Shown here piece by piece: positions 40,572 through 50,275 of a stretch of DNA of 64,000 nt (positions within the stretch are counted from its first letter, which is position 1; the number at the start of each line of letters is the position of its first letter). The notes under the pieces are model-generated. The model had not been told where the DNA came from and did no database searches. It saw only the letters and a list, made by a program, of their open reading frames with translations. Both the position numbers and the translations under genes were made by a program. This stretch comes from Nitrospirota bacterium (lineage in GTDB: Bacteria; Nitrospirota; UBA9217): contig CAWCKW010000013.1 in the NCBI GenBank assembly GCA_963796285.1, positions 512,001-576,000 of the forward strand. The letters run 5' to 3'.

Positions 40572-42739
40572 ATGGATAAGAAAAGATTATATCGAAAATG
40601 AAATGACCAAATTACTTCAATACTGGGGGTCGTTAGTATTTGGCCTGGGAGCAGTTGTTATTTTATTATTAGGCATATTAGATTATTTTGTTACCCCAGA
40701 AAATTTCTGAAAATTTATTAATTTATAGATTAGCGGCTGCTTCTTATAATTTTCGTTCTATATTTTATCAATAAACAAAAATTAAATAAACATTTTCAGA
40801 TAAGTATATTTGCACTATCTATTATCATAGTCGCTGGTATGGTTGAACTAATGATTCTTTCTTTCGGTGGTCATCAATCGACTTATTATGCGGGGATGAT
40901 AATTATTTTCATGTTTATTCTTGGATTTCTCCCCTTTTTATCCATTCACAATACCTTTATTATTCGCAACCTTTATCATATTTGATTTATTTAGTACCAA
41001 TCTTACTTTTGACAACATAACGAATATGCGAATATTTATTAATAATAATGTCTTTTTGCTCGCGGTAATTAGCATTGGTATTATATTGCGATATCTATAA
41101 TGGTCGATATTATAAGATAACTGCAAAAAAAATTGTCTCTCGAGTACGATCTTTCCAAGGATAAAGAACAGCTTGAAAGCTATTCCCACCAACTTAAAGA
41201 CATGGTCGAAGAGCGGACAAAGGAACTCACGAATCCGAGCAGTGGCACCGGTCCCTTTTTGAGAACGCGACGGACGGCATTATCGTCATGGACAAGAACA
41301 GCATTATCGTGAATGCGAATGACAAGGCCTGCGAAATGCATGGCTTTACACGAGAGTCGTTGATCGGCGCCCATATCAAGCTTTTGGTGGGCGACAATGA
41401 CACAATGTCAAGGAAAACGCGCCGGATCCTGGACGGTGAATCGCTTGTATTTGAGGCAAAGAACAATAGGAAGGACGGCACCTCCATATACGTAGAGATC
41501 AGCTCCAAGGCCATCACCATCGGCAATGAGGTCTTCATACAGTCGTTCTACCGTGATATTACTGAAAAGAAGAAGTTCCAGGAACATGTGTTGCAGTCTC
41601 AGAAGATGGAATCCGTCGGGGTCCTCGCCGGCGGGATAGCCCACGACTTCAATAATATTTTGACCGCCATCCTCGGCCATACTGATCTCATTCGCCGGTT
41701 TGCCGTGTTGAACGAAAAGGCGACACGCAGTCTGAACGTTATCGAGGATGCTTCACGACGGGCGGGGAGGATGATCTCAAAACTGCTGGGCTTTGCGCGG
41801 AAAAGCAAGCACGAACGTACGCCGATCAACCTGAACGACGTGGTGTATGAAACAATCAAACTGCTCGAACAGGTCTTCAAAAAGAGCATAGATCTGAGCG
41901 TGGAACTTGACAACCGGCTCCCCTTGATCCAGGGCGACGTTAATCAGATGGAGCAGGTCATCATGAACTTCCTCGTCAATGCCCGTGATGCCATGCCGAA
42001 TGGGGGACGCATCGTCATCAAGACTCAAGCCAGGACGGTCGTGAAGGGCATGCCGGATGTGCCGCCGTATGTCCCTCCCGGGGAATACGTCCAGATCAGC
42101 GTCTCGGACACCGGCACGGGGATCCCCGAAGATATTAAGAATAAGATCTTTGAGCCGTTCTTCACAACGAAGGAGCCTGGAAAAGGCACTGGGCTCGGCC
42201 TATCCATGGTCTACGGGGCCATCAATGACCATCAGGGATATCTCTCTGTTGAGAGCACTCTCGGCGTCGGAAGCGTGTTTACCGTATTCCTGCCGGCTGC
42301 GGCCCCTGCGACAGTTGCCGGAACAAAGGAAGCCGTAAGCCCGGGCAGTGGAAAACAAACCCTGCTGATCGTGGATGACGAACAGGATATTCTGGACATC
42401 ATGCGGGATTCGCTCGAGAATCAGGGGTACAAGGTGTTTGCAACCGGCGATTCCACGGTTGCCATAGACATCTACCGAAGGATTTTTCACGAAGTCGCGC
42501 TTGTTATTACCGATATCGTCATGCCCGGCATTGACGGCAGGGAGCTGATACGGCAGATCAAGGTGATCAATCCCGATGTTAAGGTTCTCGCGATTTCCGG
42601 TTATACGAAATATGTTGGGGAAAAAGAGGACATCAAGGATATAGACGGTTTTCTCCAGAAGCCGTTTGAATCATATTATCTGCTATCCGTGGTGAAGCGA
42701 ATACTCGAAGCGAAGACAAAAAAATTCATCCCCGTCTAA
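40572..42739 (+). CDS. Hybrid sensor histidine kinase: multi-TM input, PAS, HisKA, HATPase, REC (5' part broken by indels)
   Basis: 5' frames give hydrophobic segments ([19 protein letters not shown]; [22 protein letters not shown]) and [11 protein letters not shown] 41288-42739 has [27 protein letters not shown] and a receiver TDIVMP. Confidence 0.85.
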
Positions 42740-42810
42740 CGGAACATCCCCTCACAGCCGATCGCTCGTTTTGAGTATAACCTCGTTTCCAGGCAATAAG
42801 GCGTCCATCA

Positions 42811-43653
42811 TCATTGACGCGGTGCCTCTAAAAGATGTTCCGGTGTCATTTCCGTCAGGGTGAACACAAAGGACCCGAAGGCGAGTTTGCTCTTCATGAG
42901 CACCGGGACTCTCCGGTTATCGTCCGTAAGCCAGATGAAGACTTCCCCCTTGTTCATGAAAACCCCCTGGTATTTGGGGTAGGTTTTGACCTTGACCGTC
43001 GCGAACTCGCCCATGGGCGTCTTCAACCTCTCTCTGCCCAGGGTATGGATCTCGATGGACCAGTTTTTGCTGCTATCGTGGACTTCGATGGTAAAGATCT
43101 TGCCCACGACGAAGTCTTCCCTCGTCCGGAGATAGTACAGCATCGACAGGCCATCCTGTACATGCTCCGGGACGGCCAGGGTCTCCGCAGGATCTTCGTT
43201 CAGCCTGCTGACCACGATGTTTCGTGCGTGGTCAAATGCCAGCTCGCGGCGTCTCTTCTTCCCTCCATAGCTTTCCCGGAGGCGGTACGAAAGGCTTTCC
43301 CGTGTCTGTGGGTCGAAGATGCTCTCAACCGAATCGTTCACCGGATAGACCTTGTCGAGCAGACCCACAGAGCGGCCCGTTACGACAAGCTTGAGACCAT
43401 CCCGTCCGTCAGGCAGCTTTTCCTCTTTGACCTCCATGGTCGCGGTCCCGGCACTGATCATCCTCGACCAGCTGATATCGTACGTCAGGGTTTCCCCCGG
43501 GAAAAATGCGTCGATGAGCGGCGCACGGGAGGCAATCGGCTGGTTTTCCGCTGTGAATACGACGGGAGCAAGCCCCAAACCAAGGGTGAGGGCGCACAGA
43601 ACAGCTGTTATCCGGAGGGCCTGTTGAAATGCGCAGCGTGAAGGGTGTGCCAT
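42811..43653 (-). CDS. DUF3108-like exported protein
   Basis: Signal-like N-terminus, GETLTYDISW...AGTA, QDGLSMLYYLR, WLTDDNRRVPV. Confidence 0.75.
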   Translation of the reverse strand: MAHPSRCAFQQALRITAVLCALTLGLGLAPVVFTAENQPIASRAPLIDAFFPGETLTYDISWSRMISAGTATMEVKEEKLPDGRDGLKLVVTGRSVGLLDKVYPVNDSVESIFDPQTRESLSYRLRESYGGKKRRRELAFDHARNIVVSRLNEDPAETLAVPEHVQDGLSMLYYLRTREDFVVGKIFTIEVHDSSKNWSIEIHTLGRERLKTPMGEFATVKVKTYPKYQGVFMNKGEVFIWLTDDNRRVPVLMKSKLAFGSFVFTLTEMTPEHLLEAPRQ

Positions 43654-43863
43654 GAAACCAGCGTAGCAGAACAATGAGGCATAGTCAACAGAAGAGACGA
43701 TACTTCCGGATATTTCGCAGCTGGCCGCTAAAGAACGGGCGAAGCAGGTCCGGTTATACCGGTTGTTGTCGAGAAAGGCGTGTTGAGAGGAATGTCTCTT
43801 TATTGGTGAGATCCTTCACGGAGGCTATCTTGAGCGACGCGAAGGAGTGACCGGTGAGGCGGA

Positions 43864-44427
43864 TTATTTCAGCATTCGTTCATCAAACAAATAGGATGCA
43901 TTTTGCTTTATTCTACTGTACACGGCTGACGCTTCGTCGTGTCTGCTGCTCTTTTTTGATTTCAGTCTTATGGCAAATACCTGCCGAATTTGTTTGAGAG
44001 CATCATCCCACCTGTTCAAATCACACAAGGCAGCGGCACGGGCCGTTAGAATGGGGGAATAGTTAGAACTGCTGAAATGATTCGCCAACGCTACTGCTTC
44101 TTTGGACTTGTTTGCTGTTCTAAGCACACTACACAGGATAGCCGCAGTTCCTATATGTTGTGGTCTCTGATCATGCACGTGTCGAGCCAACTGCAAGGCT
44201 TTTGGAATCTGTCCTTGATATTGCGCTCTCTTGGCTTTTCTCAACAGCTCATCCATATTATCTGCAATCGCTTTATCCCGTGCTGTAACCTTACCAGAAG
44301 CTAGGAGGGTATTAAGCTTTGAGCTTACCGCTGTTGGTGGTTCAAGGTATGTTTTTCTATCGAACCATCTTTTTCCATTCCAGATAAATTGATTGCCCTC
44401 GAAACTAATGGTTATGGTTCTAGGCAT
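43864..44427 (-). CDS. Hypothetical protein, TPR-like helical C-terminus, AT-rich
   Basis: Uninterrupted ORF with GAGGAG RBS. AAALCDLNRWDDALKQ. Confidence 0.6.
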   Translation of the reverse strand: MPRTITISFEGNQFIWNGKRWFDRKTYLEPPTAVSSKLNTLLASGKVTARDKAIADNMDELLRKAKRAQYQGQIPKALQLARHVHDQRPQHIGTAAILCSVLRTANKSKEAVALANHFSSSNYSPILTARAAALCDLNRWDDALKQIRQVFAIRLKSKKSSRHDEASAVYSRIKQNASYLFDERMLK

Positions 44428-44859
44428 TTTATAACTCCTCACCCTGTAAGATCATCCGCTTACGGAACTATATATTATAACGCAAATTCATCCGTCAAGG
44501 AAATAGGAGGAAAGTATTATTTTTATTTTAGCTTTTAATCAGGAAAACAACCTTGATATGATCCCGAGCAGTTCGAGGTACATCCTGTTTATTGTTTGTA
44601 CTGCATGAGCTGTCCGGGGAAGAGAGCAACCTCATGGATGAGCCCCACCGCCTGTTCCCTGGCGGCCATATGCTTGAAGACCGCGACTCAGTTGCCGTTT
44701 TCTTCAGGTTGGGCGATGTCGTCGCAGCCGATGAAGATGTTAGTAAGAGGACGGGAGAGGGCGAAACACTGTAATAATTCCCTCCTAGTGTATCATGGCA
44801 GACGGGACGCATTGCGCGCAAAGGAACCTACCTTCTTATGGTACCCAGGTTCTTTTCTG

Positions 44860-45429
44860 CTATGCAATAGCCTTCCCGATCGAGAATGCATCTCCGATAT
44901 ATTCACCGGCCTTATGATACGTGAGCGCATCAGGCACAAACAGTATCGGCTTTATTTTCCGGATATCCGGCTGGCCGTTTTCTCCGAGCATCGACTCCTC
45001 CGACTTGACATCAAGGATCTCACCGATGAATTGCGTATGCAGACCGATCTCAAAGGTGTGAATCACCTTGCATTCCAGAACCAGGGGAAATTCGAGGATA
45101 AAGGGAGCGTCCACCAGTTCGCTCCTGACCGGAGTAAGTTTTGTGGCGGAAAACTTGTCGACATTTTTACCGGAAACGATGCCGAAATAATCCGCCTCTT
45201 TAGCATACTGTTCTGAAGGGACGTTCAGGGTGAACGCTTTTTTCTCCATGACATTGCCGTAGGTGTAGGTAGCTTTTCGAAGCGCGATGGCAACACAGGG
45301 CGGCTTTGAGCAGCAGATGCCACCCCATGCGATCGTCATTGCGTTCGGCTTTCCGTCCTTGTCGTATGATCCCACGATCCATACCGGTATGGGATAAATG
45401 AGCGTTTTAGCGCCCAACGATTTTTTCAT
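44860..45429 (-). CDS. Flavin reductase / flavoredoxin family protein
   Basis: [34 protein letters not shown]. Confidence 0.88.
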   Translation of the reverse strand: MKKSLGAKTLIYPIPVWIVGSYDKDGKPNAMTIAWGGICCSKPPCVAIALRKATYTYGNVMEKKAFTLNVPSEQYAKEADYFGIVSGKNVDKFSATKLTPVRSELVDAPFILEFPLVLECKVIHTFEIGLHTQFIGEILDVKSEESMLGENGQPDIRKIKPILFVPDALTYHKAGEYIGDAFSIGKAIA

Positions 45430-45569
45430 AGGACTCCTCCTGAACAGGCATGACTGCAAAGTACAATGAACATGACAAGTGGACCGGGTCCCGGCGGCCA
45501 GGTTCCGGCTGCTGTCCGTTCATTGATTGGTGAACAGGGTACAGAATAATCGATACGGACAGCCCTGCC

Positions 45570-45787
45570 TTAGTTTTTATGCGTTTCCGGTTGAGGGGTT
45601 TCCTCTTTTGCCGGCGCCTCGTTCTTCTGCTCCATTTTCTTGCACGCATCGCATGGCGCTTCACACTTCATCCCGGATTTCATCATATCTTTCATCTCGG
45701 ACATCATGGCGTCCACCTTGTCCATCATCCGGGCTGCTGCATCTTCAGGGTATCTTTCATCATCCCCATCATTTCCTGCATCATCAT
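45570..45787 (-). CDS. Small Met-rich protein with CxxxCxxC (one frameshift)
   Basis: MMMQEMMGMMKDTLKMQQP / MMDKVDAMMSEMKDMMKSGMKCEAPCDACKKMEQKNEAPAKEETPQPETHKN*. Confidence 0.5.
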
Positions 45788-45822
45788 CCTCTCCCCGGCG
45801 GGGAGAGAGTTGGGTGAGGGGG
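45788..45822. repeat. REP-like palindrome (CCCCTCACCC...CTCTCCC..GGGAGAGG family)
   Basis: CCTCTCCCCGGCGGGAGAGAGTTGGGTGAGGGG. Confidence 0.55.
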
Positions 45823-45949
45823 ATTCCGTGGGAATGTCTTTGAAGACTCTTCGCTCTCTTTGTCTTGCTTGACTTCTTTTCTGCTGTATAGCTGGAACGA
45901 GGAGCGGGGTCGGCGAAATGAGTGGCGCCTCAGCGTCCAAGATGCGTGG

Positions 45950-46975
45950 TCACAATTTCACCTCCCGCAAATACGTTGCGGCATCCTCAGGCGGAGTCGG
46001 GTTGATATAGAATCCGGAGCCCCACTCGAAGCCCGCGACGCGCGTGAGCCGTGGCATGATCTCAAGGTGCCAGTGGAAATCGTCATTCAGGGTGTGCCAG
46101 TGGCCGCTGCGCGGGACACGGTTCGGCGCGGAATAGAGCATATAATTGTAGGGCGGGTTCTTCAGCACCTTCCCGAGACGCTGGAGCGTATGGCGGAGCG
46201 TCCGGGAAAAGTCCATGATCTCTTCCTTGGAAATATCCACATAGGAGCACTGGTGCTTCTTGGGATAAATCCAGGTCTCGAAGGGAAACCGCGGCGCGAA
46301 GGGAACAATAACCAGAAAGTGGCGTGTTTCTTCAACCACCCGTTCAGGCGTTGCCAGCTCCTGCCTGATGATGTCGCAGAAAACGCACCGCTCTTTATAG
46401 TCATAGTATGATTTCGCGCCGTCCAGCTTTTCCTTCACGAACTTGGGGATGATCGGCGTGGCGATGATCTGCGAATGGGGATGGTTCAGTACCGAACCCG
46501 CGGTCCAGCCCTGGTTCTTGAAGACCAGCACGTAGCGGAGCCGGCTGTCCCGCTCAAGATCGAGGATCCGGTCACGGTAGGACCAGAGAACTTTTTCAAC
46601 CTGGTTCTCGGAAAGCTCCTCGAGCCGAAGCGCGTGCTCCGGGCTTTCAATGATGATCTCGTGGGCACCGATGCCGTTCATCCAATCGTAGATGCCGCTG
46701 CCCTCGCGCTCAAGGGTACCTTCGATGTGCAGCACGGGGAACTTGCTCGGGATCACGCGCACCCACCAGCCGTTGGCATCCGGCGCCGACTTCTCGGCGC
46801 GGAACGATGCGATCTCCTTTGGGGTCTTAGCTTCATTGCCCCTGCAGAAGGGGCACTCCGCCGGCGTTACATCATCGACCGGCTCTTCGAACGAATACTC
46901 TGCGGGATTTTTCGGACGGTCGGTGGAAACGATGATCCACCGGCCAACAATGGGGTCTTTGCGCAAACGGGACAT
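45950..46975 (-). CDS. galT: Galactose-1-phosphate uridylyltransferase family protein
   Basis: CPFCRGNE, FKNQG..AGSVLNHPHSQ (HxHxQ), HWHLEI. Confidence 0.92.
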   Translation of the reverse strand: MSRLRKDPIVGRWIIVSTDRPKNPAEYSFEEPVDDVTPAECPFCRGNEAKTPKEIASFRAEKSAPDANGWWVRVIPSKFPVLHIEGTLEREGSGIYDWMNGIGAHEIIIESPEHALRLEELSENQVEKVLWSYRDRILDLERDSRLRYVLVFKNQGWTAGSVLNHPHSQIIATPIIPKFVKEKLDGAKSYYDYKERCVFCDIIRQELATPERVVEETRHFLVIVPFAPRFPFETWIYPKKHQCSYVDISKEEIMDFSRTLRHTLQRLGKVLKNPPYNYMLYSAPNRVPRSGHWHTLNDDFHWHLEIMPRLTRVAGFEWGSGFYINPTPPEDAATYLREVKL

Positions 46976-47355
46976 CAGCCGCCCAACCTCGCCCGCTGCT
47001 CTGTCAGGATCTTATGCACGATCCGTTTCAGTTCTTTAATGCGGATGGGCTTGTTGATATATTCAGCGGCGCCAAGGCTCATTGCCTTGAGATAGCTTTC
47101 CACCTCGCCGTACGCTGTTACCATGATCACGTCTGTTTTTGACCCCATCTTGCGGATTTCCTGCAGGAGTTGAAGACCGTCCATGCCCGGCATCTTAATA
47201 TCCGTGATCACGAGATTAAAGGGGTTGCTTCTAAAAAAGCCCAGGGCCTCCTCACCACCACTGGCGAGGGAAACTTCATAGCCTTCATCGGTAAGGATCG
47301 TATTGAAAAGGTCGCGCGCGCCTTCTTCGTCATCAACAACCAGAATTTTCATCAA
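46975..47355 (-). CDS. Single-domain response regulator
   Basis: VVDDE, TDIKMPGMDG, TAYG, KP. Confidence 0.88.
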   Translation of the reverse strand: MMKILVVDDEEGARDLFNTILTDEGYEVSLASGGEEALGFFRSNPFNLVITDIKMPGMDGLQLLQEIRKMGSKTDVIMVTAYGEVESYLKAMSLGAAEYINKPIRIKELKRIVHKILTEQRARLGG

Positions 47356-47485
47356 TTTTCCCCTAATATAGTGCTGTATAGAATAAATATCATAAAATTA
47401 TGCAATCGTCAAGGTTCCCAAGTGCAACGCTTTTTTAAAGAAAGGGGAAAATATGCGCAGAGGGAAAACTTAGCAGGTTGAAATT

Positions 47486-48250
47486 TCAATGATTTAGTTC
47501 GAACAGGAGGCGCAGTCCCTCAAGGGTAAGGTGAGTTTTTATTTCCTGAATGGTCTTTGTTTCCGGAAAAACCAGCTCAGCGAGACCACCAGTCGCCACG
47601 ACCCTGGCATCGGGTGACAAATCCTTCTTCATCCGCTCCACAATGCCGTCCACAAGACCCGCGTAGCCGTAAATGATGCCCGCCTGCATCGCGCTGATGG
47701 TGTCCGTGCCGATGACCTTCGCGGGCTTAACGAGTTCTACCCGCGGCAGCTTGGAAGCGCGCTGGAACAGTGCCTCTGCCGAGATCTTCATGCCCGGGCA
47801 GATGGCCCCGCCAAGGTAGTCGCCGTTCTTCGTGATTGCGCAGAAAGTGGTCGCCGTACCGAAATCAACAATGATGAGAGGCCCACCGTAAAGCTTATAG
47901 GCTGCGGCCGCGTTCACAATACGGTCCGCACCCACCTCTTTCGGGTTATCAGTGCGGATCGTAATGCCGGTCTTGAGCTCGTGAGTCACGACCATGGGCT
48001 CGATCTTGAAGTATTTCCGGGACATCTCGACCATTACCGGCAAGAGCGGCGGCACCACTGTCGAGATGATCACCCCGTGTATCTGAGTGAACTCGATTTT
48101 TGTGAAACCGAAGAGGTCCTTGAAGATCATGGCGTACTCGTCGGGCGTGATCTGCGTGTTCGTGCCGACTCGCCAGTTCTCGACGAGCTTTTCCCTGTCG
48201 AACACGCCGAGGACCACATTAGTATTGCCTATGTCGATGGCTAAGAGCAC
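47486..48250 (-). CDS. coaX: Type III pantothenate kinase
   Basis: IDIGNTN, GADR, VDFGTATT, ATGG. Confidence 0.95.
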   Translation of the reverse strand: MLLAIDIGNTNVVLGVFDREKLVENWRVGTNTQITPDEYAMIFKDLFGFTKIEFTQIHGVIISTVVPPLLPVMVEMSRKYFKIEPMVVTHELKTGITIRTDNPKEVGADRIVNAAAAYKLYGGPLIIVDFGTATTFCAITKNGDYLGGAICPGMKISAEALFQRASKLPRVELVKPAKVIGTDTISAMQAGIIYGYAGLVDGIVERMKKDLSPDARVVATGGLAELVFPETKTIQEIKTHLTLEGLRLLFELNH

Positions 48251-48268
48251 TTTTCCTCCCGAAAAATA

Positions 48269-48352
48269 AGGGTCAAGGGGCAGGGGTCATGGGTCAAGGA
48301 TTGATCTTACGTTTTTGACGTTCCTTGACCCTTGCAACTTGACCCTGGATCC
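48269..48352. repeat. Inverted heptamer-array element (GGGTCAA / TTGACCC)
   Basis: GGGTCAAGGGGCAGGGGTCATGGGTCAAGG ... CCTTGACCCTTGCAACTTGACCCTGGATCC. Confidence 0.7.
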
Positions 48353-49323
48353 TATGTTTTTACTATCGTCACATCTCCCGCCGCAACCGTGCGGCTCGTG
48401 TCGTCATCGAGCCCGACGATCAGCCGGCCTTCGTTGTCTACCCCCTGTGCCAGGCCTTCGAGGGACTCGCCCGCGCCGCTCACGGTGACGCGGTTACCGA
48501 TGGTCAGGTTGAGCTGTTTCCATTCTTCGAGAATATCGGCACCATTCTTGAGGAACTTTTGATACCAACTCTCAAGGTCCCGCAGGAGTTGCTGAAGCAG
48601 CGTGGTCCGGTTTATCTTCACTCCCGCCTCTGCCGCAAGCGTGGTCGTTAGGCTGCGGACCTCGGGAGGAAGCTCGCCCATCTCCATGTTCACATCCACG
48701 CCGATCCCGAGTACGATATGACGTATGCGGTCCTGTTCCGCGCTCATCTCGGTCAGCAAACCGCTGACTTTCTTGCCGGAGATAAGGATATCATTCGGCC
48801 ACTTGATGCCTGCTGCCAGTCCGCATGTTGTCCTGATCGCCGATGCAACCGCCACAGCGCCCATCAGGGTGATCAGCGGCGCCTTGTGGATCGGGACATT
48901 CGGTCGGAGGACCACGCTGAGGTAGAGATTGCCCTTTGGCGAGATCCATTTCCTGCCGAGCCTGCCTTTGCCGCCGGTCTGCGTCTCGGCGATCACCACG
49001 GTCCCTTCGGGCGCTCCGCTCGCAGCCATCTCCATGGCATGGGTGTTCGTGGATGCGACCTCGGACAAGAGATGGATCGCTTTTCCCATGACCCTGGTCT
49101 TGAGCCCCGGCTTGATATCCGCCTTTCTGAGGATATCGGGCATGGTCATGATTTTATATCCCTGAGACGGCACAGCCTCGATCCCGAACCCCTCGCGCTC
49201 CAGCGACTTGATGTGTTTCCACACCATCGTTCGGGAGATGCCGCATTTTCTCGCCAGCTCTTCCCCGGAGATGTATCCCGAGCTCGACGACCGGAGCAGG
49301 TTCAGGATTTTTTCTTTATACAT
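48352..49323 (-). CDS. birA: Bifunctional biotin ligase/repressor
   Basis: N-terminal HTH SGEELA...SRTMVWKHI, QTGGKGRLGR, KWPND. Confidence 0.95.
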   Translation of the reverse strand: MYKEKILNLLRSSSSGYISGEELARKCGISRTMVWKHIKSLEREGFGIEAVPSQGYKIMTMPDILRKADIKPGLKTRVMGKAIHLLSEVASTNTHAMEMAASGAPEGTVVIAETQTGGKGRLGRKWISPKGNLYLSVVLRPNVPIHKAPLITLMGAVAVASAIRTTCGLAAGIKWPNDILISGKKVSGLLTEMSAEQDRIRHIVLGIGVDVNMEMGELPPEVRSLTTTLAAEAGVKINRTTLLQQLLRDLESWYQKFLKNGADILEEWKQLNLTIGNRVTVSGAGESLEGLAQGVDNEGRLIVGLDDDTSRTVAAGDVTIVKT

Positions 49324-49334
49324 TTAATCTTCTT

Positions 49335-49420
49335 CACCGCTAAGGCGCAAGGAGCGCGAAGGTCAAAGTCGTTTAATCAAAATTAGGTTTTTCTTAGCGT
49401 CCTTCGCGACTTCGCGGTTA
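49335..49420. repeat. Inverted 9-mer-array element
   Basis: ACCGCTAAGGCGCAAGGAGCGCGAAG ... CTTAGCGTCCTTCGCGACTTCGCGGT. A related element lies at 60081-60197. Confidence 0.65.
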
Positions 49421-49421
49421 A

Positions 49422-50249
49422 TTATTTTATCTTCATACTGATGTCCGCAGCCGGCGCCGAATGCGTCAAGCTTCCGGACGATACAAAATCCACGCCTGTC
49501 TCCGCGATGCGCCGAACCGTCTCAAGCGTCACGTTGCCGGATGCTTCCACGAGAGCGCGGCCTTCGATCAGCCTCACGGCCTCGCGCATTACATCGATCG
49601 GCATATTGTCAAGCATAATAATGTCGGGCTTCGCCGCCAACGCCTCGCGCACCTCATCGAGTGTTTTGGTCTCGACTTCGATCCTGAGAGGTGCCGGCTC
49701 TTCGTTCGTGCGGACGCGACTGCTTTCGTGATGCTTCCTGCCGCCTTGATGTGATTGTCCTTGATCAGGATCATGTCATATAATCCCATGCGATGATTCT
49801 TCCCGCCACCAATCCGCACGGCATTCTTTTCAAGCTGCCTCAAACCGGGAAGTGTTTTCCTCGTATCCAGCACCACGGCCTTGAGTCCCTTGAGCTTTTC
49901 AACATACTTTGCCGTCAACGTCGCAATACCGGACATATGCTGAAGCAGGTTAAGCGCAACTCGCTCGCCCGCCAGAAGCGCTCTCGTATTACCGGACAGC
50001 CGCGCAAGCTCAGTACCCGCATGGATGATGTCGCCGTCCTTCGCAAAGGCGGTGAACTGAATGGTCGGATCAAGATGAGAGGAACACTTCCCTGCTCACC
50101 TCTATCCCGGCAAGCACCAGGTGCTGCTTCGCCAGCATCACGGCTTCGGACGTGGATTCAGAGGGGATGGTCGCCTCGGAGGTTACATCACCGGAGCCGA
50201 GGTCTTCCGCAAGAGCTTTTTCGATGAGCTCGTTTAAAGAATAATCCAT
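49422..50249 (-). CDS. nadC: Quinolinate phosphoribosyltransferase (2 indels)
   Basis: [50 protein letters not shown]. Confidence 0.88.
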
Positions 50250-50275
50250 TGGGCTTCAACTTTGAGCATTGGATT

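Noticed and set aside
44585-44745. Coding-like minus-strand fragment (IFIGCDDIAQPEENGN*VAVFKHMAARE...)
   Set aside because: Short, with an internal stop, no start and no recognisable family
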